From positions 72,168,001 to 72,232,000 of the forward strand of contig OX597820.1 of assembly GCA_951406725.2 (NCBI GenBank): a DNA stretch of 64,000 bases, written 5' to 3'. Every line of letters begins with the position of its first letter. The stretch's first letter is position 1. Under the pieces are notes generated by a model that saw nothing but the letters and a program-made list of their open reading frames with translations, ran no database searches and had not been told where the DNA came from. The translations under genes and the position numbers were made by a program. Shown piece after piece: positions 51,930 through 64,000 of this stretch. The stretch comes from Octopus vulgaris. Taxonomy: Eukaryota.

Positions 51930-52390
51930 GTGGTGAGCTGGCAAAATCGTTAGAGTGCCAGGCGAAATGCTTTGCAGCTCTTTGTTGGTCTGCACATTCT
52001 GAGTTCAAACTCCACTAAGGTCGACTTTGCCTTTCATTCTTTCAGGACCAATAAATTAAGTACCAGTGAAACATTGGGGTCGATGTAATCGACTAGTCCC
52101 CTTCCCACCAAATTTCAGGCCTTGTGCATTTAGTAGAAAGGATTATTATTATTATTATTATTATGATTATTATTATCATTGAGGCGGCAAACTGGTAGAA
52201 TCATTAGCAACAGGGACAAAGTGCTAAGTGACATTTCCTCCAGTTTCACATTCTGTGTTCAGATGCCACCAAGGCTGACTTAACCTTTTATCCTTTGGGG
52301 GTTAATAAAATATAGTTCCAGCCAAGTACTGAGGTTCTTGTAAATTGACTTACCCACTAAAATTGCTGGCCATGGGTCAAAATTAGAGAA
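51930..52390 (+). mobile_element. Two tandem SINE B copies separated by (TTA)n
   Basis: Same layout as 42048-42500 and 54765-55165. Confidence 0.8.
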
Positions 52391-52394
52391 AAGT

Positions 52395-53590
52395 CATCGT
52401 CGTCATTTGACGTCTGCTTTCCATACTGGCATGGGTTTGACGGTTTAACTGAAAACTGGTAAACCAGGAGCTGACATGGTTTCTACAACTGGATGCCCCT
52501 CCTAATGCCAGCCACTCCAAGAGTGTAGTGGGTGCTGTTAACATTCCACCAGCATGGGTGCCATTGATGTGACACCAGCATCAGTCATGACTATGATCTC
52601 ACTTGGCACGACAGGTCTACACAAGCATGGTATAACACCAAAAGTCTCGGTCACCTGTCGCTGCCTCTGTGGGGTCCAATGCTCCAACGGTGCTTTTTAT
52701 GTGCCACTGGCACAGGTACCAGTCAGACAGCACTGGCATCAGCCCACTTGGCTTGATGGTTCTTTTCAAGAAAGGCATATCACCAAAGGTCTCGGTCATT
52801 TGTCATTGTCTCCTTGGAACCCAACATTCAAAGATCATACTTCACCACTTCATCTCATGTTTACCTCTTCCATGGGTTCTCTCCACTGTTGGTGTGACTC
52901 TTCTTCACAGAACTGTCTTCATCCATATGAATCACATGACCATAGTGCAGTCATCTCCCTTGTGCACCACATCTGGTGCTGCTTATGCCCAACTTTTCTC
53001 TCAAGATACTTACACTCTGTCGAACATGCACACTGACATTACACATCCAGTGCAGCATACTAGCTTCATTTCTTTCAAGCTTATGCCTGTCCTCAGTGGT
53101 CTCAGCCCATGTTTCACTGCCATGTAGCATGGCTGTTCACACAGGCATCATACAGTCTGCCTTTCACTCTGAGAGAGAAGCCCTTTATTATCAGCAGAGG
53201 CAGGAGCTCTCTGAACTTTACCCAGCCTATTCTTATTCTAGCAGCTATGCTCTCAGAGCATCCACCCCTGCTACTGAATTGGTCACCTAGGTAATGGAAG
53301 CTATCAATTACTTCTAGTTTGATGGAGTTTATTTTCTGTACATTTTTAATGTTAATTGTACCTGTGCACATTCTACACACAAAAACTATTTTCCCTGTTA
53401 ACTTTCTTCTGATATTGCTGCACCTCTTATGTGTTCATAGATTACACCAGGTACATCTTATCTACCTGAAGGAATTTGTGATTTGTCTGCTTTCCTACTT
53501 ACTAAGATTTAGGTTTTTGCTAAATTAATTCCAAGGCCCTTTCATTCTAAACCTTGCTTCCATCTCTGAAATTTCTTCTCTATTTCTGGT
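52395..53590 (-). mobile_element. RTE LINE, 5'-truncated
   Basis: LEVIDSFHYLGD...ARIRIGWVKFRELLPLL...VKGRLYDACV, plus 3' UTR. Confidence 0.85.
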
Positions 53591-53599
53591 AGAGAAGTA

Positions 53600-54350
53600 T
53601 TTTTATTATTAATTCTTTTATCACAGGTTTTGTTGGAACAGGCTTGCTACCTCTGGCCTATGGTACCATGCAATCTGTTCTTTTCAACTATCTAGTACTT
53701 TCCTGGTTATTCTGCCCATGCCAAAGAGGCAAGCCTTTTGTAACCTCTACTGGGCACTCTATTCCAATTTCGTTTATATTCCTCTTGATGCTCCAAGGAC
53801 CCAGCAACAACTGGAACTATCTTCACCTTCATTTTCCACAGTTGAGCTATCTTGTTAAGAGGAATGTATATGTCTATTTCTTCACTTTCCTTCTTAATTA
53901 TTCATGGGTCAAATGGGCACACAACATCAGTTATACAGCACATGTGGTTTGCTTTGTCCACAACCAATCTGTTTGGAGTGGGAAATCCCTCAGCATTTTG
54001 CAGGTCTCTGACTCCCCTACTCTTTGTGTTTTGTACTCATGATGCATCTTGCCTCTCTTGCCCCCACTTTCCACATAGTTTCTAATGTAGACGTTTTACT
54101 ACCGCATCGTAAAGCCATAATTTATATTGGTTTTGGTGAGTTGAGGGCATTCATTCATGATATGAGCAATGGTTTTGTCAGCTGTATTATAGATTTGGCA
54201 CAATGGAGACACTTGCTCAATCCTCTATTTTGTGGTCAAAGTCTGGTCTTGTGCTACCAGTATAGTGCTCTCATTCTCTTTTTCGCAGTATTCCTTTCTT
54301 CAACCATTCCCACCTATATTCTTCAACAACTTCAGTTCTGGCTACATGGA
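53600..54350 (-). mobile_element. REL-endonuclease LINE remnant (R4/Dong-like)
   Basis: SPLCQIYNTADKTIAHIMNECPQL (degenerate CCHC) and ETCKMLRDFPLQTD; (TAA)n at both ends. Confidence 0.7.
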
Positions 54351-54764
54351 ATTTATTATTATTATTATCATTATTATTGTTACCTCCACCTTAGCGAAGG
54401 TGGAGGTATTGTTTTCAGTCATGCTTGTTTGTTTCTTTGTCTGTGGACAAGGTATCTCAAGAACTGCTGGATGGATTCACATAAAACTTTCAGGGACGTT
54501 TGGCCTCATGACTAGCATGAACTGATTCAATTCTGGGATCGATCCAGTACTGGACAAGGAGTCTGGATTATTTTTCTGCTTCTTTTACTTAATTTTTGAG
54601 AGCAGTCAGGTTCATTTTTAGTATTCTTGTTTGTGAGAGCAGTCAAGTTTATTTCAGATATTCTCATTTTAAAAATCATCTCTGGCTAATCGTTGAGAGG
54701 ACATTGGTGTGGCCTTGGCAGAGGTTTGCACACTTTGAGTGCTCTTGTTATTATCATCACTGAA

Positions 54765-55165
54765 GTGGTGAGCCGGCAGGATCATTAGCATACTGGACAA
54801 AATGCTTGACGGCATTTCGTCTGTCTTTACATTCTGAGTTCAAATTCCACTGAGGTCAACTTTGCCTTTCATCCTTTCGGGGTCATTAAAATAAGTACTG
54901 GGGTTTGATGTAATCGACTAGTCCCTTTTCCCAAATTTCAGGTCTTGTGCCTTTAGTAGAAAGGATTATTATTATTACTACTACTACTACTGACAGAATT
55001 GTTAGCACACTGGAAAAATGCTTAGTGACATTTCTTCCAGCTTTACATCCTGAGTTCAACAGAAGTTGACTTTGCCTTACATCCTTTCGGAGTCAATGAA
55101 ATGAGAACCAGTTGAACACTAGCATGGATGAAATTGACCAGACCCACTTCCTCAAAATTTCAGTA
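54765..55165 (+). mobile_element. Two tandem SINE B copies
   Basis: Separated by (TTA)(CTA) repeats. Confidence 0.8.
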
Positions 55166-55567
55166 GGAAAAAAAATAATATTATTATTTAAAAAAACATT
55201 AAATATATATTACTTCCTCTGTTATTGTTAACAACACCCATTTATTACATTCCCTGTTAATGTAACCAAGTTCCAGTTCTGAAATTATAATATCCTTAAT
55301 TACAAAACCAGTTTTATCCTCAGAAAAGTAAATTCCAATGGAAACATATTTTGTGTTTATCATTAAGTTTTATCATATGTCTTTCCGTATCTTTTTTTTC
55401 TTTGATATAATTTGACTCATATGGAATTTCTTGGCTTTTCCTTTTTGTGTGTGCGAAAGAGAAATGGAGAGACAGAGTGCATGTGGTGTATGTCACATAT
55501 ATCATATATAATAATGATGATGCTAATGGTGGTGATATATATTTATATATATATATATATATATATA

Positions 55568-55935
55568 TTGTAGGCACTCCATCGGTTACAACGATGAAGG
55601 TTTCAGTTGATCTGATCAATGAAACAGCTGGCTCATGAAATTAACATGCAAGTGGCTGAGTGCTCCCCAGACACATGTACCCTTAATGTAGTTCTCAGGG
55701 AGATTCAGTGTGACTAGGCTGGCCCTTTGAAATACAGGTACAACAGAAACAGGAGGAAAGAGTGAGAAAAAGTTGTGGTGAAAGAGTACAGCAGGGTTCA
55801 CTACCACCCCCTGCTGGAGCCTTGTGGAGCTTTGGGTTTTCACTCAATAAGCACTCACAATGCCCAGTCTGGGAATCAAAACCGTGATCCTTTGACCGCA
55901 AGTCCACTGCTCTAACCACTGGGCCATTGAGCCTA
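55568..55935 (-). mobile_element. tRNA-derived SINE family C, composite
   Basis: Reverse head ggcccagtggttagagcag; body shared with 33040-33225 and 3070-3230. Confidence 0.8.
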
Positions 55936-56280
55936 CACACATGTGTGTGTGTGTACACATATATATATGTATATATACATATAGAGAGAGAGAGGCAGTG
56001 ACAAGTGACCGAGACCTTTGGCAATACACCATGCTTGAAAAGATCTGTCAAGTGAGAAAGTGGTTGTGGCCAATGCCAGTGCTTTGTGTCTGGCATGTAA
56101 AAAGCACCCACTGCACTCTTGGGGTGGTTGACATTAGGATGTGCATCCAGCTGTAGAAACCCAGCCAAATCAGAGTGAAACTTGGTGCAGCTCCCCAAGT
56201 TTTCTTTGCCAAATACACACACAAACTATATATTCGTTCTTCTCTTGTTTATTACTGTTCTTATTCTAACTTATGTCCAT

Positions 56281-56326
56281 TGTCCAGAAATCTTTCATCA
56301 CACATTTGTGACCTCTTCAGCAACAC
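56281..56326 (-). ncRNA. Minimal type I hammerhead ribozyme motif in a PLE pLTR-like fragment
   Basis: gtgttg-CTGAAGA-g gtcac aaatgt gtgat-GAAA-gat-TTC-tggaca; core intact, stem I imperfect. Confidence 0.6.
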
Positions 56327-56689
56327 TTTCAGCACCACTGTATGTGGTCTTGCTCCACTTACTTCATTTTGTTCTTCTATGTTGTGTATTATTTGGAAAA
56401 AAAAAAGACCATCCAGAAATAACACAATATATATATAAAAGGAAAGGTTGAACCAACAGATATGTGAACTGGCAAGCAAATTTAAACAAGTGACTTCTAT
56501 GAATGATGAAGTTGACACCACATGTGCATTAAAGGATAGCATGAAAAAGCACCTCTGTCTGTATATCAGCACAGACAGTCACCCTTTGAAAATCATCAAC
56601 TTGCTAAATTCTCAAAATTTATTTGAGACTAGAAGGTTATGATTTTTCGCTATTCCAGGGAAACTTAATGGGCAACATTCTTTTCTATA

Positions 56690-57250
56690 ATGAAGCAACT
56701 CCCTGTACACGTAGAAAAGTTGACCAACATCATTGTCATATTTGGTCATCAGAACAGCCAAAGGATTTTGCTTTTTATTGAGAAAGGTAAAAATTTGGGT
56801 GGGTATGGTGCATAAAATCAGTATAAAATAAAAGATTTAAGAGTCTTTTTTTTTTTTTTTTGTTACAGAGATAGTACTGATTTTAGGTGACATGTTTCAG
56901 AAATTCTTTAAGCTTCAACTAACTGCAGTTGAGATAATTAGCCTTGTTGTGTTCCAACAAGATGGCACTCTTCATTATTGTTGAACAAATTTGGGATGGA
57001 TTATCTGCATGAATGGTTCCGAAATTGTTGGATTGGATGCATGAGTTGTAGATTATGACTGGCTAAATCAGCAAATCTGATCCCTTTTGATATTTTTTTA
57101 AAGTCGGGGTTGTTTTTTGAAATTTCAGTAAACACCGAACTTTCTACAATTTATGCGAATGTTTATGAAATGATGCAGATAACATAACATTGCAAATGGT
57201 CCAGAAGGATTTCAGTTCTACAGCAATACTGATGGCCATCATGGGGGTCC
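56690..57250 (+). mobile_element. rosa-like transposase relic
   Basis: FQQDGTLHY...YLHEWFRNCWIG...KSANLIPFDIF. Confidence 0.6.
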
Positions 57251-57554
57251 CTGCTATTAAACTTCAACAAGTGCTAATAATCATGTGATTAAAGTAACGA
57301 GCTTGCAGAATCACTGGCATGCCAGGTAAAATGGTTAGCGACATTTTATCTGATTTTATCTTCTGAGTTCAAATTCCACAGAGGTCGACTTTACCTTTCA
57401 TCCCTTATGGGATCAATAAAATAGATACCAGTTTAGAACTAGGGTCAATGTAATCAACTTAACACTGAAATTACTGACCTTGTACCAAAATTTCAAACCA
57501 ATAATTATGTCACTAATCTTTCTATAATTAATTTTTTCTAACAATTCTTCTATT

Positions 57555-57935
57555 CTTTTATTTGTCTCAGTCATTTGGCTGCAGCCATGCTGGAGCAATG
57601 CCTTTAGTCGAACAAATCTACCCCAAGACTTATTTTTTGTAATCCTAGTACTTAATCTATTGGGCACTTTTTTTATCAAACTGCTGGGTTACGGGGATGT
57701 AAACACACCAACATCAATTGTCAAGTAATGGTGGGGGGAACAAACACACACACAAACATATATGTATATATACACACAATGGGCTTTCACTTTCTGTCTA
57801 CCAAATCCACTCCCAAGGCTTTGGTCAGCCTAAGGCTATAGTAGAAGACACTTACCCAAGGTGCCATTCAGTGGAACCAAACCCAGGACCATGTGGTTGG
57901 GAAGCAAGCCACTTACCACACAGCCACTCTTGTGC
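57555..57935 (-). mobile_element. SINE family A
   Basis: Reverse complement of the family consensus. Confidence 0.85.
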
Positions 57936-58647
57936 CTATCATCATCATTTAATGTCTATTTCCCATACTGGCATGGGTTGGATGGTTTGACAGGAGCTGG
58001 CAAGGCTGGAGAGCTGCACCAGGTTCCAATTGTCTGTTTGGCATGGTTTCTATGGATGGATGCCTTTCCTCACACCAACCACTCTACAGAGTGTACTGGG
58101 TGCTTTTTACATAGGACCAGCATGGGTGCCTTTTACGTAGCACTGGCACATATATATATATATATAGTGAATTTAGACACAGGCATATCTGTGTGGTTTA
58201 AAAACTCACTTTACAACTGTGTAGTTTTGAGTTCATTCCCACTGCATTGCACCTTGGCCAAATGTCTTCTACTGCGGCCCAAGGTTACACAATGCCTTTT
58301 GAGTGAATTTAGTACATCGAAACTGTGGAGAAACTTATTGCGTGTGTGTGTGTGTTTGTTTTCACCACTTCTTTGATAACACATGCTGGTTTCTTTATGT
58401 AACTTAACAGTTTAGTAAAAGAGACTGATTGATTAAGGGCTAGATTTATAAATAAGTACTTGGAGAAGTTTGTTCAACTAAAATCCATGCTCCAGCATGG
58501 CTGCAGTCCAATGACTGAAACAAGTAAAAGCTAGAAAAATAAATGGAGACTCTGTATGTATATACAAGCATATATGCACACAAACATATAGATTTATCTA
58601 TCCATCTGTCTGTCTCTCTCTCTATCTATCTGTCTCTCTATCTATCT

Positions 58648-59550
58648 GACAACGAGCTCAGGGCAAACCTGGGTGTCGACAAGGAATACCTGACCTGCCT
58701 GTTCAGGACGACTTTCAGGCCAGGACCTATGGACAACTTCCAGAGATCCCTGACCTGGCAGTGCTACCCATTCGGGATAAGCTCTACAGACACAGCTCGA
58801 GAAACACAGAGATGACCTGTCTGAGATGTGGTCAGAGCGACAAAACCATTCTGCATGCACTCGTGCAGTGTCCAACCATTTCCCACCTGTGGGCTTATGT
58901 CGAACGACTGCTGTCATATGTGGGACGAGTCAGTTTATCAGCTGAGTCTATCATCAATATCATCACGCCTCCTTCCTTCAAGCGTGAAGGAAGAGCTAAT
59001 TTCATCATACTTGTGGCTATGGCGAAAGAATGTATCTGGTGGATGCGTCTGAAAGGATTAGAGACAAACACTTTCCTCTCTGGTCAATCTCTCATGAACT
59101 TCTTCAAGTATCACTTGAAAAGGAAAGTGAGAGTAGAGAGGCAAGTTTTGTCTAGCGAATGTTTCAAAAAATGATGGGTGAATATAGCAAGGATGGCATG
59201 TATGAATGACAAAGCCACCTTGAACATAATCCTATGAACCAGAAAAATTTAAAACAGAGGGTTACTTACTTGCAAAAAAATGTGTTAACATGTCACATTA
59301 TTGACCAAGGTTACCATGGTCTTTTCAGTAGGCTTTTCTTTCCATGAATAAACCTTATCTGCTTCCCCCTTTACACTTCACATCAGGGCATTTCTGTGAT
59401 ACACGATCCCTATTGATAATTTTTTTTCTTTTTTTTTTACTATCCCTTTTGATCAAAAACCTATCCCACTTTTTTTTTCTCCCAAAAAGAAAAGCTCTAC
59501 TTTGTAATTTGTCACATCTGTGTTCAACCCTGTGTGGCTAATAAAGAAAC
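58648..59550 (+). mobile_element. Tx1/L1-clade LINE 3' end (ORF2 zinc knuckle plus 3' UTR)
   Basis: LPIRDKLYRH...CLRCGQSDKTILHALVQC..LW (CX2CX8HX4C); ends aataaagaaac; flanked on both sides by CT/CTAT repeats. Confidence 0.85.
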
Positions 59551-59611
59551 ATATCTATCTGTCTCTCTGTCTCTCTCTCTATCTATCTGTCTCTCTCTCT
59601 CTCTCTATCTA

Positions 59612-59643
<32 letters not shown>

Positions 59644-59715
59644 CCTCTCTATCTGTCTCTATCTCTCTCTCTCTGTCTCTCTCTCTATCTATCTCTATCG
59701 GTCTATCTGTCTCTA

Positions 59716-60700
59716 TCTAGCGAGCCATCCAGGCATTCATGGCAATCTACTTCCAGTGTTTCGATAATACATACTGCTTCAGTGCTTGTATCACATTCAA
59801 AGTTTGTTTTCTGCTAGTCTGCCTGCAATTCCAATACATCTGTGGTATGACCATAGCTTACACATGCAGTTTATACCTACTCCTTTTCTCCATATTAACC
59901 AAGGCCGTTTCCCTGAAGGTACCAGAGTCCTGTGTCCTTTCCTACTTACTAAAATGTTTGCCTTTGCTAAAATAACCCTAAGACTTTTCATTTCTATGTT
60001 TAGCTTCCATGCCTGGAATCTCCTCCTTAATTTCTTTTATAGATTCAGCTGTGAGAATTAGATTGTATACATAATGGTTCCCATGGACTGCCAGTCTTAA
60101 GCTTCTCTGTAATGCCTTGTAGGTCAACAGAAAATAATGAACTGAGGACTGAGCCTTGATGGACACCAATCCTTATGCTAAATTCTTCACTGAAGTCATT
60201 GTCAGCTCTCACGTTACTCATTGCATAGCTTATACATACAATCGTAAAAAGCCAGTAGTTTCCTCAGTGACCATCAAATTACCATATGTGGTACCCTATC
60301 AAATGCCTTCTCCAAATCAATGAAAGCCAGGAACAATATTTTATTCTTGGCCAGGAATTTCTCTTGCAGTTGCCTCACTAAGAAGATTACATATGAAGTG
60401 CATCTTCCAAGTATAAAACCAAACTGCTTCTCATCTATGTCTCCTCTGTCACAAATTGATTGTATTATGACTCTGTTTCTGTGACCTTCATAGCCTAATC
60501 CAGTAATTTAATTCCTCCAAAGTTGTTCTTCTCTAAGGTATCTCCTTTGCCCTTGTAGCAGTTTATGATGACACTGCAATGCCAGTCATTGGGTACGACC
60601 CTGTCTTGTATAACTTAAATATCCAAGTTCACCAGATATTTGGAGCATTTTAGCAACTATCTTTGTTGGATCTGTAGTTTTCTCTTTCATAAAGATTTTG
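59716..60700 (-). mobile_element. RTE LINE RT fragment
   Basis: degraded Y(K)GKGD, LAFIDLEKAFDRVP and GVHQGSVLS motifs, and the same Cys-rich finger remnant. Confidence 0.75.
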
Positions 60701-60719
60701 ACAAAAATTGTATTTGAAA

Positions 60720-62575
60720 GACACTCTACTTTAAGGTAAGACTTTTTGCTTTTTGAGTCCCATGGGATTCGTTGTTTGTAAGCTGTGTTTTTTGTACAGG
60801 CAAGGAGTCCTCACTAGATTCTGGGCTTTTGGTCTGCCTGCAGTAGAGCTGTGTGTTTTTCTCACTTAGCTGTGAGAACTGCTGTCTGGAGGAGTGTTTC
60901 GCCTCCAAATTAATTTAATTTGAGAGTTGAATTATTCTCAATTATTGCGAGAACTGCGTTTGTCTGCTTGCATGGAAGTTTTTTTGGAAAATAATTTCAA
61001 GGAAATACACAAGGATTGAAAAAGCTGTGAAGGCCAGGATTACCGTGTGGCCAAAACAAATATTTGTCTTTGCTGTATTTTGAACTCTCGTTCTCTTCTT
61101 CTGTCGTTTATTTGAAAAAAAAAAAAAAACTGTATTGAACTTTTTATTTTTATTTATTTCTTCCCTTTTGTTAAGTTTTTTCTTTTGTTTTACTTTCTGT
61201 GTTATTTTGAATATTATGAACTGTATTCGGAACGTTTTTGCACATGGCAAGGAACAAATTTGTTGAACGAGAGTTGACACCTCCCAAAAATTGGTTTGAG
61301 TTTGAAAGGAAGATGGTGGTGTTGAAGACTTACTCCAAGTCCCTCGACACCATAGCCGTCTTCCCAAAAAACATAATTGAAAAAGAGCTGGCAGCTATTA
61401 AATATATCCAGCTGCCAGCTATTAAATATATCTCACTGTGGGTCAAATATGCAATGGTGTGGTTGCTGTTTGACTCCCCTGAAGAAGCTTGCGAATTCAC
61501 AAGCCAACCCCTGGAGGGCAGGGAAATTTTGTTCCTTCCCATTTATTGTGGGATGAAGTTGACGAGGGCTTGGGTCTGCAGTTTGCCACCCAGAATTGAG
61601 CCAGAGTGGATAGAAGATTCTAGGTCCAGGTGGCAGTAGTACCAAGCTACTCAATGTAAAAATTTTGCCTGCGGCTGGTTGAGAGGGGTCAAAAGCTGTT
61701 TTGACCCTATGGACCCAATCAGCCATAAATCTGGTTTTTCCTGATTTTTGAAAGATCGCCGGTTCTAGGTATCCAGTGATGCTTGAGGGACACCCTCCAC
61801 CAAATGTCACCTGTGCCTGGAACTAGGCCATATTAAGAAAAACTGCCCCAAGGACCAAAATAACATCCTGGAGCAGTTTATAAAAGTACCTCATTGGAGG
61901 GAGAGAAGGAGGAAGTCGAGAGGTGGGAACCTCCTTGAAAAAAGGAAGAGAATGGCCCACCGAAGGAACCAAGGGCTATGGGAGGAAGGGAGGATCTGCT
62001 GGACAAGGCGGAAGAACTCCACCCTCCTGTGGCTCAAAGGAAAAAAAAGAAAAATGAGACATCACCGGCAGTTGGTGATACACTGCCGGCATGTCCCAAA
62101 GCATCTTTGGTGGGCGTTGTGCCACCAAAGCTGGAGACTGTGCAGCCTCTCCGAGATATGGAGGAGGAATTTGTGGTCCTCTTCCATAAGGGAGGGACAT
62201 TGGAGTGCTTTGTCGGCAAGCTTAAAACGAAGGGCCGAAGGGAGAGGATCCTGTCCTGCACGGAGGACCCTGACTGGCCTTCACAGGTTGCTGTGAAGGT
62301 CATGAGGGAGAACAACCTGTTCAGGATAATGGACTCCTTCCCCAAGGATACATACAGATTTATGTTAAATTGGCCCGACTTGGAGCCGTGCTGGTGTTTT
62401 TCTGAGGTGAGAAGTCTGGTCGGGCAAGAAGATTGTATTTTTGATATCTAAATGGACTTGAGTAAGAGGTTCATTGCCTCAAAATGGTTTCGTATGTAGT
62501 CAATGTAAGAGGTCTATTGCCTCCTTAATGTGTTTTTGTAAGAGGTTTATGACCTCAAAATGTTTTATAAAAGAA
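60720..62575 (+). mobile_element. ORF1-only L1/Tx1-derived element (HAL1-like), ORF1 disrupted
   Basis: ORF pieces 61238-62451: RRM-like VWLLFDSPEEA, then PVMLEGHP(fs)KCHLCLELGHIKKNCP (CCHC 61805-61846), a basic linker and a C-terminal domain; no EN/RT follows. Confidence 0.7.
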
Positions 62576-62859
62576 CAATGTGCTCGGGTATACAGCAATT
62601 GGCGGGCGTTGCTGTTACCCTCATTTTTAACCATTTAATTTGTCATTCATATCCTTATGTGTGTGTCCAGCCCGCAGCTTCATTTCTGTGTAAGGCCCTT
62701 GTGGCCAATTGAATGAATAAAAGAAGCTTGCTTCCCAACCATATGGTTCAGCCCCACTACATGGCACCTTAGGCAAATGACTTTTACTATTGCCTTGGAT
62801 TGACCAAAACCTTGTGAGTGGATTTGGTAAATGGGAATGGAAAAAAGCCTGCTGTCCAA

Positions 62860-63085
62860 AAGTCCCAGCTGTCTCATCTAGGATGAGGACCATGAACTGC
62901 AATAGCTTGGGATTCAAGACCCACAGCTATTTAATTCATTGCCAAAAGATCTGAGGGACCTCCATGGAGTGGAAGTAGTTGTTTTCAAGAACAATATCCC
63001 AGATGAACCAATATCAAGGCAGGAAACTCAAAAGAGGACAGCAATATCAAACTCCCTCCTTCACCAAAAGCCAATCCCATAAAAT
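62860..63085 (+). mobile_element. CR1/Jockey-group LINE 3' end
   Basis: NSLGFK(fs)PQLFNSLPKDLRDLHGVEVVVFK...IPDEP. Confidence 0.65.
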
Positions 63086-63159
63086 TGGCCAATTAAAAGG
63101 TGATTACATCGGCAGTGCTCCAGCATGGCTAAAACATATAAAAGAACAAAAATACATTA

Positions 63160-64000
63160 TCATCATTCTCGTCATTTAACGTCCACTTTCCATGCTGGCA
63201 TGGGTTGGACAGGCTAACTAAGGGCTGGCAAGCCAGAAGGCTGCACCAGCCTCCAATCTGATCAAGCAAAGTTTCTACAGCTGGATGCCCTTCCAAAAGC
63301 CAACCACTCCAAGAGTGTAGTGGGTACTTTTTACATGCCACGAGCATGAGGGCCAGTCAGGTGGGACTGGCATCGACCATGTTTCACTGGTGCTTTTTAC
63401 ATGGTATCAGCATGGGAGCCAGTCAGGCAGCACTGACAATGATCACACTCGAATTGTACTTTTTACATGCCACTGGTATGGGACCAGTCAGCCAGCATTG
63501 GTATCGACCACATTTGAATGGTGCTTTTTATGTGCCACCGGCATGGTGCTAATCATGCGGTTCTGTCATTGGCCATGACTATGACTTCACTTGACTCAAC
63601 AGGTCTCTGCAAGCACAGTTTATTGCCCAATGATTGAAAGGTACTCTTAAACGGTTTGGTTATGCTGCACTGGCAAAGGCCATGGTTACAGCCTCGCTTG
63701 GCTTGCCAGGTCTTCTCAAGCACAGCATATCCCCAAAGGTCTCGATCACTCATCATCACCTCTGTGAGGCCCAATGTTTGAAGGTCGTGCTTCACTACTT
63801 CATCCCAGGTCTTCCTGGGTCAACCTCTTCCACAGGTTCCCTCTACTGCTAGGGTGTGACTCTTTTTCACACAGCTGTCCTCATCCATACACAACACATG
63901 ACCATACCAGCACAGTCATCTCTCTTGCATACCACATCTGACGCTTCTTATGTCCAACTTTTCTCTCAGGGTGCTTACACTCTGTCATGTATGCACACTG
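63160..64000 (-). mobile_element. RTE LINE 3' end with VNTR units, runs off the window
   Basis: GRPRKTWDEVVKHDLQTLGLTEVMMSDRDLW, about 4 VNTR units at 63325-63545, canonical tail. Confidence 0.9.

Overview
AT-rich eukaryotic DNA that looks intronic or intergenic and is almost entirely repeats. The SINE/RTE families and dense (TA)n/(CA)n tracts suggest an octopus (coleoid cephalopod); this is an inference from remembered repeat families, not a database search. I found no convincing host exon, tRNA, rRNA or CRISPR array. Contents: at least three tRNA-derived SINE families; 5'-truncated RTE LINEs with a PHD-like finger and a 66-bp VNTR in the 3' UTR; REL-endonuclease (R4/Dong-like) LINE remnants; a Tx1-like 3' end; an apparently ORF1-only (HAL1-like) L1/Tx1 derivative; Tc1, mariner, maT (DD37D), rosa-like and pogo relics and MITEs; and Penelope-like element (PLE) remnants. 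The most notable signal is about ten type I hammerhead-ribozyme-like motifs from several PLE-type families. Some have very long stem II domains (about 55-115 nt), and several lie in head-to-head fold-back repeats. Boundaries were read by eye and are approximate.
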